From positions 113,181-177,180 of the forward strand of contig CAVQEA010000014.1 of assembly GCA_963711395.1 (NCBI GenBank): a DNA stretch of 64,000 nucleotides, given 5' to 3'. How positions within the stretch are numbered: the first letter of the stretch is position 1; each line of letters opens with the position of its first letter. A program made the translations under genes and the position numbers. The stretch comes from an uncultured delta proteobacterium. GTDB lineage: Bacteria > Desulfobacterota > Binatia > JACPRU01. This document shows positions 27,128 through 40,828 of the stretch, one piece after another. A model generated the notes under the pieces. The model was not told where the DNA came from. It saw nothing but the letters and a program-made list of their open reading frames with translations, and did no database searches.

Positions 27128-28295
27128 ATGGACTTCGAGTGGACCGAGGAGCAGCAAGAGATCCGTCATCAGGTGCGCGTCCTTTGCGAGCGCTTCCCCG
27201 ACGAGTACTGGCGAGATCGCGATACCACCGGCGAGTTCCCCTGGGAGTTCTACAAGGCGGTCGCCGACGGGGGTTGGCTCGGCATCACGATCCCGCGCGA
27301 GCACGGCGGCGCGGGCCTGGGAATCACCGAGGCCGCCATCGTCATGCAGACCGTCGGCGAGTCGGGCGGCGGCACGCAGGCGTGCTCGGCGATCCACCTC
27401 GGCATCTTCGGCCTAGAGCCGCTCATCAAGTACGGCACCGAGGCGATGAAGAAGAAGTATCTGCCGGACATCCTCTCCGGGAGGACCCACGTCTCCTTCG
27501 CGGTCACCGAGCCCGACGCCGGCACCAACACCACCGAGATCAAGACGTTCGCCACCCGCCGCGGCGACGGCTACTCGATCACCGGCCGCAAGGTGTTCAT
27601 CACCAAGGCGCAAGAATCCCAGAAGATGCTGCTCCTGACGCGCACCACGCCGATCGAGAGCGTGGAGAAGAAGACCGACGGCATGACGCTCTTCTTCGCC
27701 GACATCGACCGCGAGGCGGTCGAAGTGCGCGAGCTGCACAAGTGCGGCTCGGCCCGCGATCGACACCAACATGCTGTTCATCGACAACCTCTACGTTCCC
27801 CTCGAGGACCGCATCGGAGAAGAGGGGAAAGGCTTCCGCTACATCCTCGACGGCATCAACCCCGAGCGCATCCTGGTCGCGGCCGAATGCATCGGCATGG
27901 GCAAGCGCGCGCTCGAGCGCGCCGTCCGCTACGCCAAGGAGCGGGTCGTCTTTCACCGGCCGATCGGCATGAACCAGGGCATTCAATTCCCGCTCGCGGA
28001 CTCTGCGGCGAAGCTCGAGACCGCGGAGCTGATGGTCTACAAGGCGGCCTGGCTCTACGACCACGGCCAGCCGTGCGGCAAGGAAGCGAACATGGGGAAG
28101 TACATGTCCGCCGAGGCCGGCTTCGAGGCGGCCGACCGCGCCATGCAGACACACGGGGGATACGGCTACATCAAAGACTACGACGTCGAGCGCTACTGGC
28201 GCGAGATCCGGCTGTTCCGCATCGCGCCGATCTCACAGGAGATGGTGCTCAACTATGTAGGCGAGCACGTGCTGGGGTTGCCGCGCTCGTACTGA
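27128..28295 (+). CDS. Acyl-CoA dehydrogenase, with one apparent frameshift near 27760.
   Basis: MDFEWTEEQQEIRHQVRVLCERF, VSFAVTEPDAGTNTTEIKTFA, GINPERILVAAECIGMGKRALERAVRYAKERVVFHRPIG, YDVERYWREIRLFRIAPISQEM. Confidence 0.85.
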
Positions 28296-29550
28296 CCGGG
28301 GCGGTCGCGACCGAGGCGGGTAACTCGACGTCCGCCGGGATCGGGAAGCGCATACGCACGCGCGATCCCTTGCTCCGCTGCGACTGCACGGTGACCGAGC
28401 CGCCGTGCGCCTCGGCCACCAATCGCACGATGAAGAGACCGAGCCCCGCTCCCGCATCATCGCCTTCGGCGACGTAGGGCTCGAACAGTCGCTTGCGCAC
28501 GCCCTCGGGGATGCCCGGGCCATCGTCGATCACCGTCACCGTGACCGCGCCGCCCTCGATCCCGGTCACCACCTGCACGTGTCCCCCCGCCGGTACGAAC
28601 TTGATGGCGTTCCACAAGAGATTGGCGACCGCACGGTGAAGATGTGCCCGGTCGCCGGAGATGAGCGGTAGGCCGTCGAGCAGCTTGGTGTCGAGCCGCA
28701 TCTCCTTCTCCACCGCGAGGCGGCGGTGATGAAGGACGGCGTCCTTGACGACCGAGTTCAAGTCCACCAGGCTCCGCCGCGAGCCTCGTGTCTCGGAATT
28801 CGGCGTTGCCACCGCGAGGAACGTGGCGAGTAGCTCGCCGCATTCGGTGGCCGCCTTGCGAATTGCCTCGAAGGCACCGCGTCGTCCCGTCTCGTCCGTG
28901 CCTTCCGGCTCGGCGAGCAAAGCCTCGGCCATGCCCGCGATCGCCGACAGCGGTGCTTGGAGATCGTGGGTCAGCGTGGCGAGGAGATCGGTGCGAAACT
29001 GCTCGCGCTCGCGGGCGATCTCCGCGGCGCGTCGCTCTCGCTTGGCGATCGTCACGAGGTAGCCGTAAAACGCGGCGATGCCGAAGAGGAACGGAAAACG
29101 CAGCAGGATGCCGGGCGTGAGAACGTGCGCGAGCGTGTCCGTGCGGAACAGGAACATGGCGTAGACGAGCGCGATCAGCGCCGAACCGCCGGCGATCATG
29201 GCCTCGCTCTCGCCGAGCGCCGCCACGAAGAGCACCGAGAAGTAGAGAAGGAAGAGCTCGCTGCTGCGCTCGCCGGCGAGCACCATGCCGAAGCTGATCC
29301 AGGCGGTGTCGAACAGCACGAACGCAGAGCGGAGCCACAGACTCTCGAAGGCGCTTGCCGGCAGCACCGACGCAAGGAGGTTGCTCGCCAGGAAGATGGC
29401 GACGAACAGCGCGACGGCGGGGTCGGCGCCCGCGCCAGGCCGGTCGAAGAGCACGAGGTACGAGGCGGTGACGATCACCACCCAGCGCAGGAACACCAGC
29501 GCGCGCTTCTTCGTGGCGAGGAACGGCGGCACGGCGCGAAGGGACCGAGC
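28249..29550 (-). CDS. Sensor histidine kinase with an N-terminal multi-TM domain. No adjacent response regulator.
   Basis: H-box LLATLTHDLQAPLSAI. N/G boxes NLLWNAIKF, VIDDGPGIPEGVRKRLFEPY, GAGLGLFIVRLVAEAHGG. About 5 predicted TM helices at the N-terminus. Confidence 0.8.
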   Translation of the reverse strand, partial: ARSLRAVPPFLATKKRALVFLRWVVIVTASYLVLFDRPGAGADPAVALFVAIFLASNLLASVLPASAFESLWLRSAFVLFDTAWISFGMVLAGERSSELFLLYFSVLFVAALGESEAMIAGGSALIALVYAMFLFRTDTLAHVLTPGILLRFPFLFGIAAFYGYLVTIAKRERRAAEIAREREQFRTDLLATLTHDLQAPLSAIAGMAEALLAEPEGTDETGRRGAFEAIRKAATECGELLATFLAVATPNSETRGSRRSLVDLNSVVKDAVLHHRRLAVEKEMRLDTKLLDGLPLISGDRAHLHRAVANLLWNAIKFVPAGGHVQVVTGIEGGAVTVTVIDDGPGIPEGVRKRLFEPYVAEGDDAGAGLGLFIVRLVAEAHGGSVTVQSQRSKGSRVRMRFPIPADVELPASVATAPVSTSAATPARARLHS

Positions 29551-29578
29551 GTTCACCGGTGACGGCGGCGGCGCGAGC

Positions 29579-30574
29579 TCACACCCGAGCAGATGCCGAG
29601 CGGCTCGCCGGCGTACGCACGCCAATGGCTGCCAAGCGCTCGCGAGAGCGCTCGTTGAGCAACCCGACACGCGCCAAGTTCGCGAGCAACGTCGAGTCGA
29701 GCTCCTTGCGGAAGATCTGCCGGAACACCACCGCTTCCCCGCCCGCTTGCCGCTCCCGCTTCAGGCGGCGGATGTCCTCGATCTCGCCGTCGTCGAACCC
29801 CATCTCGCGATAGGGCTCGTAGGGGAACACCCCTTTCAGCGTCTTGACCACCGCCCACTCCGTCACCTCCTCGAGCGCGAGGCGCTCTTGCTCGCTCGAC
29901 TCGGCGACGACGCCGGGGAGCGACAGCATTCCGAAACCCATGTGTCGTGATTCGTCGGCGAGGATTCGCCGGCAGATCTCACGCAATAGCGGATCCTTCG
30001 ACGCCTCGACCAGCATGCGGAACAACGACACCGCGAAGGTCTCCGCAACGAGCTGAAGACCGATCGTCTTCGCCTCCCAGCGCGAGTCGGCGATCAGCAC
30101 GTCGAAAAGCTCCTTCAGAGCCGCCGGCATGGGGTAGAACTGACCGTCGAGCTTCTCGGCGATGTAGCGATGCAGGACCTCGGTATGCCGCGCCTCGTCC
30201 ACCACCTGTGTCGCCTGGAAGAGCTTGGCGTCGCCTCCCGCGACCATCTCGACGAGCTGGCTGCAGACGATCATCGCGCCGTGCTCGCCGTACATCAGCG
30301 TCGAGAGCCGCCAGGTGGTGAGCCGGCGGTTGAGCTCGACCTGTTGCGCCTTGGAGAGCTTGCGCCAGTACTCCGTACCGAAGGCGTCGACCAGCTCGTC
30401 GGTGAGAAGCGTTTGGCTGGCGTCGACGGTTTGGTCCCACGCGATGTCCTTGCTGGCGTTCCACTGGTCGCGCTTGGCGTTCTCGTAGAGCTTGCGCAGC
30501 TCCGCCTGGTCGACCGCGTAGTCCTTGCGAAAGACCACGTCGGACCGCGAGGGAACGGTATGGGACTCGTGCAC
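29579..30574 (-). CDS. Ferritin-like diiron oxygenase (AurF / p-aminobenzoate N-oxygenase family), 331 aa.
   Basis: Two E...ExxH diiron motifs (DEARHTEVLHRY and ADESRHMGFG) in a four-helix-bundle-sized protein typical of the AurF family. Confidence 0.65.
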   Translation of the reverse strand: MHESHTVPSRSDVVFRKDYAVDQAELRKLYENAKRDQWNASKDIAWDQTVDASQTLLTDELVDAFGTEYWRKLSKAQQVELNRRLTTWRLSTLMYGEHGAMIVCSQLVEMVAGGDAKLFQATQVVDEARHTEVLHRYIAEKLDGQFYPMPAALKELFDVLIADSRWEAKTIGLQLVAETFAVSLFRMLVEASKDPLLREICRRILADESRHMGFGMLSLPGVVAESSEQERLALEEVTEWAVVKTLKGVFPYEPYREMGFDDGEIEDIRRLKRERQAGGEAVVFRQIFRKELDSTLLANLARVGLLNERSRERLAAIGVRTPASRSASARV

Positions 30575-30644
30575 GGTTCGCCTCCTCCCTTTGAGACTAT
30601 CCGCCCCGTCGCGAGCTGCGTCAACGAGGCGCTCTTCGTCAACA

Positions 30645-30685
30645 GCAAAGCGCGGGCAACCCGCAGAGGGTTGCCCGCGCTTTGC
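30645..30685. terminator. GC-rich perfect hairpin (18-bp stem, 5-6-nt loop) just downstream of katG on the minus strand. It is a probable intrinsic terminator.
   Basis: gcaaagcgcgggcaaccc-gcagag-gggttgcccgcgctttgc, read directly from the sequence. Confidence 0.55.
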
Positions 30686-30733
30686 CAGCGAACCTAGTCG
30701 CCGGTCGGCCGCGAGCGGCCGCCGCCAGGCGCC

Positions 30734-32998
<2,265 letters not shown>

Positions 32999-33000
32999 TG

Positions 33001-33455
33001 TGACGACTCATTCTCCACAAAAGCCCGTCGCAGCCAACCGAGTACAGGAGATCGTCGGCCGGCTGCGCGAGCGCGGACATCGGCTGACGCCGCAGCGTTA
33101 CGCCGTCCTGCGCGCGCTGGTCGAGGGCGGCGAGCACCCCAGCGCGGACCAGCTTTTCCAGCGCGTGTCCGAAGACTACCCGATGATGAGCCCGGCCACC
33201 GTCTACAAGACGCTCGACACATTGAAGGCCGCCGGCGAGGTGCTCGAGCTCGAGTTCCGCGACGGGCCCAATCGCTACGACGCCAACATGCCGAACCCAC
33301 ACCCGCACGTCGTGTGCACCCGCTGCGGCAGGATCGACGACGTCATGGACGGGCGGCTCGATCCGTCCGTCGCCGAGGTTGCCGCCCAGACCGGCTACCA
33401 GGTCCGCGGCTACCGTCTGGACTTCTACGGGCTCTGCCCGCGCTGCGCGGGCTAG
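33001..33455 (+). CDS. Fur-family metalloregulator, probably PerR-like given the divergent katG.
   Basis: RLTPQRYAVLRALVEGGEHPSADQLFQRV (DNA-binding helix), HPHVVCTRCGRIDDV...CPRCAG (structural Zn CxxC...CxxC). GTG start assumed. Confidence 0.8.
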
Positions 33456-34198
33456 CTCGGCAGGGGGCTGCGTTCCCTTTGATCGCGCGCAACGGGTGAG
33501 GTGAGCACCCACGTAGAGCGGGCAGCCGCGCAGACCTCGCCGTCGGCCCGGTATATCGCGGTGCCCGCCACGAGCCTGCGGCCTTCGAGCGCCAGCGGCC
33601 AGGCCGCGACGACAAGCGACTCTTCTGGCGCGGCCGGCCTCGCGACTCTCGCGGCGATTTGCCCGAGGAGCGCGAGTCCGCGCGGTGGCTCGTTCACCGC
33701 GAACGCGCCCGCGCAGTCGAGCGCCGCCCAGAGAAACTCGGGAGCCACCGAGCCGGCTTCGTCGGCGAGCGAAGCGTCGGGAACCCAGGGCGCGGCGTAG
33801 ACCCCGCCGCCTCCCGGAACCGGGCCGGGAAAGATGCGCAAGCCGTCACCCGCGACACGCTCCGGGCCGCAGGCGAAGCAGCGCGGAATGGGATGGTCGA
33901 CGAAGCGAGGGAAAGCGCCGGTGGCGGCCTCGGCCTCTGCGATCGACACGGGGGGCGGGGGCTCGAGCGTGAGGGTCACCTTCCTGGCCTCCGCTAGCAG
34001 TCGATCGCCGTCGAGCAGGTGGATGCCGTCTGCGACTTGCAGCACGCGGAGCGGGCACTCGAGCGGCGTGGGACGCCGCAGCGTGACTTCGACGTCTCCG
34101 CCGATCAGCGCGGCGAGCCGGCCGGCGAGATAGCCGCCGTTGGCGGCTCCGGGCGGTCCGCAAAAGCGAGCCGAGACCCTGAGCTCTCGATCCATCTC
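33452..34198 (-). CDS. Hotdog-fold (PaaI/4HBT-like) thioesterase-family protein. The annotated ORF has a spurious N-terminal extension.
   Basis: FCGPPGAANGGYLAGRLAAL and HPIPRCFACGPERVAGDGLRIFP resemble the CFxCG..NP.GL motif of hotdog thioesterase-like proteins. The upstream 180 codons of ORF 33452..34735 are antisense to the isochorismatase gene. Confidence 0.5.
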   Translation of the reverse strand, partial: EMDRELRVSARFCGPPGAANGGYLAGRLAALIGGDVEVTLRRPTPLECPLRVLQVADGIHLLDGDRLLAEARKVTLTLEPPPPVSIAEAEAATGAFPRFVDHPIPRCFACGPERVAGDGLRIFPGPVPGGGGVYAAPWVPDASLADEAGSVAPEFLWAALDCAGAFAVNEPPRGLALLGQIAARVARPAAPEESLVVAAWPLALEGRRLVAGTAIYRADGEVCAAARSTWVLTSPVARDQRERSPLPS

Positions 34199-34221
34199 GT
34201 CGAGCGCTGATTTTCCGTCCT

Positions 34222-34821
34222 TCACTCGGGTAGATCGTCGGCGCGCGGCACGACCACGGCGAACAGATCCGAAAGCGCGGCGAGGCTCGCTTCCTGGAGA
34301 GCCGCGGCGGGCACGACGCCGCCCGTTGCAGAAGGGAGCGGCCGCGTTGCCGTCGCCCCGGCTACCACGGTCGGGCGGTAGCCGAGGTTGAAGGCGCCGC
34401 GCGCGGTCGAGTTGACGCACATATGGGTCATGAAGCCGGCGATCACCAGGTTCGTGACGCCATGCTTCTGCAAGCGCTCGTGCAGATCCGTTTGTACGAA
34501 CGAGTTCGGGTAGTGCTTGACGACCACCGGCTCGCTCTCGAGCGGCTTCACCCTGTCGGCGATGCGTCCGATCTCGGCGCGAATGTCGTAGGGCGAGCCG
34601 GGGCCGGCGTCGTGCTGAATGTGAATGACCGCAACGCCGAGAGCACGCGCCCGCTCGAGCAGGCGCCGCGCCTCGTCGAGGGCCGCCTCGACTCCCTCGA
34701 GCTGCATCAGCCCTTGGCGATAGGTGTTCTGACAATCGATCATGACGAGGGCCGACTGCCGCAGCGCGGCCGGTTGGCGGCCGAGCCCGGCCACGTCTCG
34801 CAGGGTCTTGAGGTCGTTCAT
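34222..34821 (-). CDS. Isochorismatase-family hydrolase (199 aa).
   Basis: ALVMIDCQNTYRQG, GVAVIHIQHD, NSFVQTDLHERLQKHGVTNLVIAGFMTHMCVNSTARGAFNLGY carries the catalytic Cys in the C-V-x-S/T context. Confidence 0.85.
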   Translation of the reverse strand: MNDLKTLRDVAGLGRQPAALRQSALVMIDCQNTYRQGLMQLEGVEAALDEARRLLERARALGVAVIHIQHDAGPGSPYDIRAEIGRIADRVKPLESEPVVVKHYPNSFVQTDLHERLQKHGVTNLVIAGFMTHMCVNSTARGAFNLGYRPTVVAGATATRPLPSATGGVVPAAALQEASLAALSDLFAVVVPRADDLPE

Positions 34822-34917
34822 CTCGCGTCCTCCTGTTTTGCGATCTTCATCTCATGCACGCCGGCCCCGCAAGCCACCGGTACTCTGGCTCCGAGCAGAC
34901 CATCGCTCCCGGCCGTG

Positions 34918-35085
34918 CTAGTGGATTGTAACAGCCAAAACGGTAGTGGAGCGTGCGAGCAATCGTGGTCGCCCGCAAGGCGCGACGACGACGAATATGG
35001 CGTAATATTCGGAGGAGGAGCAACGCAGCAGGCGGCCGCGAGGGCTGCACGATCCGCTATCGTTTTGGCTGTTACAGTCCACTAG
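34918..35085. repeat. 168-bp palindromic element: imperfect 32-bp terminal inverted repeats around a 104-bp core that holds nested palindromes. It sits in the isochorismatase / amidohydrolase divergent intergenic region.
   Basis: Left arm ctagtggattgtaacagccaaaacggtagtgg. Right arm, reverse-complemented, is ctagtggactgtaacagccaaaacgatagcgg (29/32 match). Inner GAATATggcgtaATATTC palindrome. Confidence 0.6.
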
Positions 35086-35112
35086 TGTGCCCGGGATCCC
35101 GGGGAGGTCCTC

Positions 35113-36270
35113 ATGCCCTACGTCGAAGACCGCATCGTGCATGACGCCGATTCCCACGTCATGGAGACACCCGACTGGCTCGTCCCCTACGCCGACCCCG
35201 AGATTCGCGGTCGCCTCGAGCCGTTGCGCCTGAGCGGCTGCAAGCCCGGCGAGGAAACGTTCATCGACGAGCTCCGCCGGCGCCACCGCGACCCGGCGGA
35301 TCGCGAGCAAGCCGAAGAGCAACTCCTGACCCGCAAGAACTGGAGCGCGATGGGCTCGTTCCTGAAGGAAGACCGACCGCGCGCGCTCGACCTCCTCGGC
35401 TTCGCCAGCCAGCTCGTCTTCAACACCTTCCTTTCGGATCACTTCGTGCGCTACGAGCACGGCCGCGACGTCGACTTCGTCTACGGGGCGGCGCGCGCCC
35501 ACAACCGCGCGATCGTCGACTTCTGCTCGGGCGACCGCCGGCTTCTGGCGGTCGGCTTCGTGCCTCTCGCCGACTTCACACGCGCACGTGCCATGGCCGC
35601 CGAGGCGATCGCCATGGGCTGCAAGGCGATCCTCGTCTCGTCCGCCTGCCCGCCGGGGCACTCCCCGAGCCACGTCGGCCTGTTCCCGCTCTGGGAGATC
35701 GCGGAGGAAGCGGGGCTGCCGATCGTGTTTCACGTCGGCGGCGGCGGCGAGCTCATCGATCGCGCGTTCTTCGAGAACGGACTGCCTGCGGTGCCCGACT
35801 TTCACGGGGGAGCCGAGAACTTTCGCTCGGTCGACTTCATGGCGATCCCGTTTCCGCCGATGCAGGCTCTCGCAGCGTTGATCTTCGACGGCGTGCTCGA
35901 CCGCTTCCCGCGCCTCAAGTTCGGCGTCATCGAGCAGGGCGCGGTATGGCTCCCGTCGTGGATGCGCCAGCTCGACACAGCTCTCGAAGCGTTCGCCAAG
36001 AACGAGGAGCGGCTTCGCAAGCTCGAGCTCCGGCCGAGCGAGTACGTGCGGCGCCAGATCCGCGCGACCCCCTACCCCGCCGAGCCGGTCGGCTGGATCA
36101 TCGAGCAAGCCGGCGAGGAAGTGTGTCTGTTCTCCTCGGACTACCCTCACGTCGAAGGCGGTCGAAATCCCATCCGGCGCTTCGAGACCTCGATGCGCGA
36201 CGTCCCGGCTCGCGCCAAGCAGCGCTTCTACTGCGACAACTTCGTCGACCTCATGGGGAGCGGCCTGGCA

Positions 36271-36273
<3 letters not shown>
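35113..36273 (+). CDS. Amidohydrolase-2 family metal-dependent hydrolase (386 aa).
   Basis: IVHDADSHVMETPDWL is the HxH metal site. HVGGGG and the FSSDYPHVEG C-terminal motif are typical of PF04909 amidohydrolases. Confidence 0.75.
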
Positions 36274-37443
<1,170 letters not shown>

Positions 37444-37460
<17 letters not shown>

Positions 37461-38205
37461 CGCAGTACTTCCAGTAGATGCCCCAGAGGTCCACAGCGGC
37501 CCTCGCGAAGTCGCCGCTGCGGAGTTTCGAGCCCGAGATGTCGTGCCACGATTCGAGCGGATACTCGTAGACGATCTCCTCGAGCGGCGCTGCACCCTTC
37601 GACCGCTCGAGGCGTCGATAGCGCGCCAGCAACTCGACATCGAAAATCCACCGACTGATGAACGGCTCGGCCAAGAGGTCGGGCAGCCATTCCGTCACCC
37701 GGAATAGCTTCGCTCCGCATTGTGTATCGTAGATCGCCAGCTTGAGCATTGCGGACACGACCGTCGCGAACACGCGCCCCGTATAATGCCGCGACTCGGC
37801 TCTTCGCACATCGCGTCCCAGCAACTTGACGCGGGCCCCGATGACCATGGCAAGGCGTGGGTCGGCGTCGAGGTGCTCGCGAAACCGTGCGACAGCGCTC
37901 AGTGGAGTGGCCAGGTCAGCGTCCCAGAAACCGACCTGGCGAGGTTGCTCCTGCAGTGCCTTCAGAAGGCCGAGTCGAACCGCTTCGCCCTTCCCACGGT
38001 TGTGAGGCTGCGAAAGCACTTCGACCCGGTCGGGACAGGCGCTGCGAATGCGCTGGAGAACCTCGGCGGTCGAATCCTGGCTACCGTCATTCACGAACAG
38101 CAGGTGAACGTCGGTACTCGCCGCCGCAAAAGCGACGAACTCCTCCACGGAAATCCGCGTCGCTTCGTTGTAACACGGGACGATGATGAATACGTCCCCG
38201 GTCAC
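37444..38205 (-). CDS. Glycosyltransferase family 2, DPM1/GtrB-like polyprenyl-phosphate sugar transferase (253 aa).
   Basis: FIIVPCYNEATRI, VNDGSQDSTAEV, WDADLATPL (DxD), QCGAKLFR are the GT2 dolichyl/undecaprenyl-phosphate glycosyltransferase signatures. Confidence 0.8.
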
Positions 38206-38277
38206 GCGAAGGCACCCCCGCCTGGCTCGACTAGCGTCGAAGCGAGCGCCGTCTTGGTCACGCCGGGATCGGCCGGG

Positions 38278-38682
38278 TCATTTGTCCACGGGCAGCTTCG
38301 CGTCCGCCCAGCCCTGGATGTTACCTTCCAGTTGTAGGAGCCTGTCAAAGCCGCTGGCCTCGAGCGTATTCGCGGCGATCTTCGACCGGCGGCCCGTTCG
38401 GCAGTACAGCACCACGTCCTTGTTCTTGGCGTCCGTCAATTCATCCTTGCGAGCCGCGAGCGTATCGTAGGGAATGTTGATGGCTCCGGGAACGTGCGCC
38501 CGCGCGAACTCTTCGGGCGTGCGCACGTCCACTACGATGACAGATGCGTCGTGTTTCGCGAGTCGGTCGTTGAGGGCCATCGGCGTGATTGTGGGGAGGT
38601 CGGCCGCAACGGCCGCCGACCCGATCAGCAGCGTCATGCACGCGGCACGCGCGAAAACGGAACGACAGCGTACCGTGTTCAT
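38278..38682 (-). CDS. Rhodanese-like sulfurtransferase domain protein with a signal peptide (134 aa).
   Basis: IVVDVRTPEEFARAHVPGAINIPY...DVVLYCRTGRRS carries the active-site Cys loop CRTGRRS. Confidence 0.8.
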   Translation of the reverse strand: MNTVRCRSVFARAACMTLLIGSAAVAADLPTITPMALNDRLAKHDASVIVVDVRTPEEFARAHVPGAINIPYDTLAARKDELTDAKNKDVVLYCRTGRRSKIAANTLEASGFDRLLQLEGNIQGWADAKLPVDK

Positions 38683-38741
38683 GACAATCTGACCTCCATG
38701 GTGCCGGCGTCAGAAGCTCTTCCGTTGAATCGCCTTCCAAG

Positions 38742-39125
38742 TCAGGACGTTACGCGGATCTCTAGAGTATTTGGGAACACGAGAAGAGTCAAAGCGCGGC
38801 GTCCACGGGTGACTTGAAAACTTCGCCGAGTGCCGACCATCGCCACCGCCCGGTAGAGGTCGACGGCCTTTTGAGCGTTGAGCCAGAACTCCGGTGTAGT
38901 TCGAAAGGTCGCACCAAGCTTGATGGCCATTTCGGCGGTAACCGAAGTCCGTCCGTTGACGATTCGGTTGACGACTTTGGAATCGCAGCCGAGATGGTCG
39001 GCGAGTCGCTTCTGTGTCTTCGCGAATAGACATCGAAGTCCACACCGGGTGTACTTCCCGGGCTTGCGACCGGCGATCGCCCACCACTCATGTTGCACAT
39101 ACGAACCGAGCAGAATGAGCAACAC
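38742..39125 (-). CDS. HigA-family (XRE HTH) antitoxin-like protein. The 5' part is possibly frameshifted. No HigB partner was found.
   Basis: KRLADHLGCDSKVVNRIVNGRTSVTAEMAIKLGATFRTTPEFWLNAQKAVDLY matches the HigA HTH and the C-terminal FWLNLQ..YDL motif. Confidence 0.6.
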   Translation of the reverse strand: MLLILLGSYVQHEWWAIAGRKPGKYTRCGLRCLFAKTQKRLADHLGCDSKVVNRIVNGRTSVTAEMAIKLGATFRTTPEFWLNAQKAVDLYRAVAMVGTRRSFQVTRGRRALTLLVFPNTLEIRVTS

Positions 39126-39217
39126 CGTGCTGCAGGCCGATTGACCCTATCGGCCGTCGACGCCAGCGTCTTTATGATGGCCGAGCTCTAGCCGATACGC
39201 CGTACCATTGGCTGTGG

Positions 39218-40828
39218 CTAGGGTTTCCTGCGAGGGACGGCTGAATCGTCCAAGACGCTAACGAGCGTTCCGGCCGGCTCCTGCAGGCGAACCTCTCTCC
39301 AGCGGTATCGGCCCAGCCATTGCTTGACGTCGTCGCGCGAGAAGCCCATCAGATCCAGTTCCTGCCAGGGCGAGAGTCGCGCGCTCTCGGTCGGATCCAG
39401 CACTCGCAATACGACCACCTGTCGATGCTCCGCGCGGGCGCGCTCGACGTGCCTGTCAAGCTCCGCGTAGTAACTTGTCGGATCCTCCCGGAACCGTTGG
39501 CCGAGGGTGAGGAGTCCGAGCTGCTCAACGGGGCGATTGGAGTAATACGAAATGTAGTCTCCCCAGTCCCCACTCGGAGAGATGACCAAGGCCGAGTCCA
39601 CCAGTACTTGATCGAGTGCTCGCACTCGGTCAGGGATACTTGAGTCGAGGGCTAGAGGCCTGATTGTCTGAGCAAATGTCAGGCCGCTGAACACGGCCAC
39701 GACCACGACGGCGGCCGCGAATGCGGGAGGCTTCCAGTGCTCGAGGGCTAGACCCGCGGCAGCCCAACACGCCGGCATCAGGAAGACCCATCGTTCGGTG
39801 TCGCTCGGAAAGAAACCAACGCCGATAACGACTATACCCAGCGCGAATACTCCCCACGCCGTTAAGACCGTGGATGCCGTCCACGTCAGTTTCGGCCAGG
39901 TCCGCCAGATAGACCACACGACGATTGCCGTCGCCGCACAGACCGTGCCCAGCTTCAGAGCCACGACAGCACGAGAGGCCGTCCAGAAGAACTCGATAAA
40001 TAGGATCGTGCGGCAGAAGCCGTAGATGGCGCGTGGGATCGAGAGCAGCGTGAACGGAATCGAATACTCTCTCGCAGCCGCTGTCAGCCACAGAAAGCCC
40101 TCGCCCGGCGTTCTAATCCCCTGCGTCAACACCATCACTGCGACCATTGGGCCGCCAATGAGCGCCGTGATCACAAAGCCGTACAGGACTAGGCACCCGA
40201 TCCGCCCGCGGACCGATCCAGTACGCGCTATCACGACCAGCATGCCTGTTCCGAGAACGAGCGGCGACGTCCCGAGGTGGAACAGGCATGCGAGCGACGT
40301 CCAGAGACCAAGGAGTGAAAGATTCCAGCAAGACTGCGACGTGCAGTAGACCGGCATGGCTCGGACCGTCAGCGCCACGAACATGAGCGACGTGGCGTAG
40401 ACCTCGATGTCGGTCGCCTGGATCCACACGCCATGTGACAGGGCAAAACCCAGGGCGGTGAGGGCTTGGACGCGCGCGCTTGCGCCGAGAGTTCGCACGG
40501 TACTCGCAACCGCCCACGTGGCAACCGCGACCGAAAGCTGATTCACGAGCACGAGCACTCGCTCGGTACTGAGCGAGAAAATCCGGTGGCCCAGATCCGT
40601 CAGCAGGGACATCGTCGGCAGATACAGCAGGTGCTTCCCAAGCCAGGGCGGGGGCACCTTGCGTAACATGTAGATGTAGCCTAGTCCGTCGCCGTTGGGC
40701 ACGAGCGCCGGCCAGATGAGGTAGACGCAGAACGCAGCGGCAGCGACTGCGACCGGAAGGCCGGGCCGATGGCCTCGAAGACGACCGGCTGTTGCGGGCC
40801 GCTCGGTTTCCCCTTCAGTGCGTGTCAC
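39218..40828 (-). CDS. Large polytopic membrane protein (about 11 TM plus a roughly 130-aa C-terminal soluble domain). GT-C-fold glycosyltransferase-like (ArnT/PMT/GtrC-type) candidate.
   Basis: The hydrophobicity pattern over the first ~400 aa shows an acidic loop PNGDGLGYIYMLRK after TM1. The architecture matches GT-C enzymes. The family assignment is by architecture only. Confidence 0.45.
   Translation of the reverse strand: MTRTEGETERPATAGRLRGHRPGLPVAVAAAAFCVYLIWPALVPNGDGLGYIYMLRKVPPPWLGKHLLYLPTMSLLTDLGHRIFSLSTERVLVLVNQLSVAVATWAVASTVRTLGASARVQALTALGFALSHGVWIQATDIEVYATSLMFVALTVRAMPVYCTSQSCWNLSLLGLWTSLACLFHLGTSPLVLGTGMLVVIARTGSVRGRIGCLVLYGFVITALIGGPMVAVMVLTQGIRTPGEGFLWLTAAAREYSIPFTLLSIPRAIYGFCRTILFIEFFWTASRAVVALKLGTVCAATAIVVWSIWRTWPKLTWTASTVLTAWGVFALGIVVIGVGFFPSDTERWVFLMPACWAAAGLALEHWKPPAFAAAVVVVAVFSGLTFAQTIRPLALDSSIPDRVRALDQVLVDSALVISPSGDWGDYISYYSNRPVEQLGLLTLGQRFREDPTSYYAELDRHVERARAEHRQVVVLRVLDPTESARLSPWQELDLMGFSRDDVKQWLGRYRWREVRLQEPAGTLVSVLDDSAVPRRKP

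Noticed and set aside
33452-34735. 427-aa ORF annotated as one protein
   Set aside because: Its first ~180 codons overlap the isochorismatase gene in another frame and are Arg-rich nonsense. Only the C-terminal ~249 aa (from MDRELRVSARF) look like a real hotdog-fold-type protein.
34918-36150. 410-aa ORF on the minus strand
   Set aside because: It is antisense to the well-supported amidohydrolase gene (35113..36273, plus strand). Its product is low-complexity Arg/Ala/Asp-rich, as is typical of spurious ORFs in about 70% GC DNA.
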